A stretch of DNA of 61,439 nt, filler included, from Chiloscyllium plagiosum (lineage: Eukaryota): NCBI RefSeq assembly GCF_004010195.1. It is 3 parts of one record of this genome, joined end to end, with 100 filler letters (N's around TTAATTAATTAA, not from the genome) between each part and the next. Parts side by side here need not be neighbours in the genome. Positions count along the whole stretch, not along the records: positions 40,427 to 61,439 come from NC_057714.1; 2 more parts are not named here. One strand, written 5' to 3'. Shown here in pieces: positions 61,254 through 61,439 of this stretch. The notes beneath the pieces were generated by a model, which made no database searches, was not told the origin of the DNA, and was given only the letters and a program-made list of their open reading frames with translations. How positions within the stretch are numbered: position 1 is the first letter of the stretch; the number at the start of each line of letters is the position of its first letter. A program made the position numbers and the translations under genes.

Positions 61254-61439
61254 CCCCTCAAAGATCACCAAAGCGGCCTTTGTGTGGAGCCACAGAAAAT
61301 GGGGGAGATACTAAATGAATACTCTGCATCAGTATTTACTGTGGAAAAGGATAGCGAAGATATAGGCTGTAGGGAAATCGATGGTGACATCTTGCAAAAT
61401 GTCCATATTACAGAGGAGGAAGTGCTGGATGTCTTGAAA

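Larger units (their letters stand above)
60325..61439 (+). mobile_element. CR1 ORF2 fragment (APE end and linker) with two Penelope-derived inserts
   Basis: ORF 60563..61105 GASDQNSISF...NPKSFYKYIK...IGPLKD. Confidence 0.92.

Overview
Eukaryotic, repeat-dominated DNA from a draft assembly with N gaps, almost certainly a shark (the HE1-type SINE with an (AATCT)n tail and CR1/HER1-type LINEs point to a bamboo/carpet shark). No recognisable host protein-coding gene, rRNA, real tRNA or CRISPR array is supported. Nearly all predicted ORFs are retroelement fragments, repeat translations or N-gap artefacts. Contents: (1) many CR1 LINE fragments, including a near full-length copy with ORF1 esterase; (2) about 11 HE1 V-SINEs; (3) DeuSINE/L2 relics; (4) a tRNA-headed APE LINE plus its short bipartite SINE; (5) a Gypsy gag relic; (6) a 2.6-kb, 23-bp minisatellite that appears to have grown out of a DeuSINE; (7) more than 15 Penelope-derived insertions. 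The best candidate system is the last group. These are short (about 110-220 bp) inserts, many flanked by TSDs and often inverted, that carry a minimal hammerhead ribozyme (CTGANGA-A-GGGC-N4-GCCC-GAAAC-GTC) and repeatedly start just upstream of it. TE-poor islands may hold conserved enhancers or orphan exons. Family names come from recalled consensus sequences, not from a database search, and the ends of old elements are approximate.
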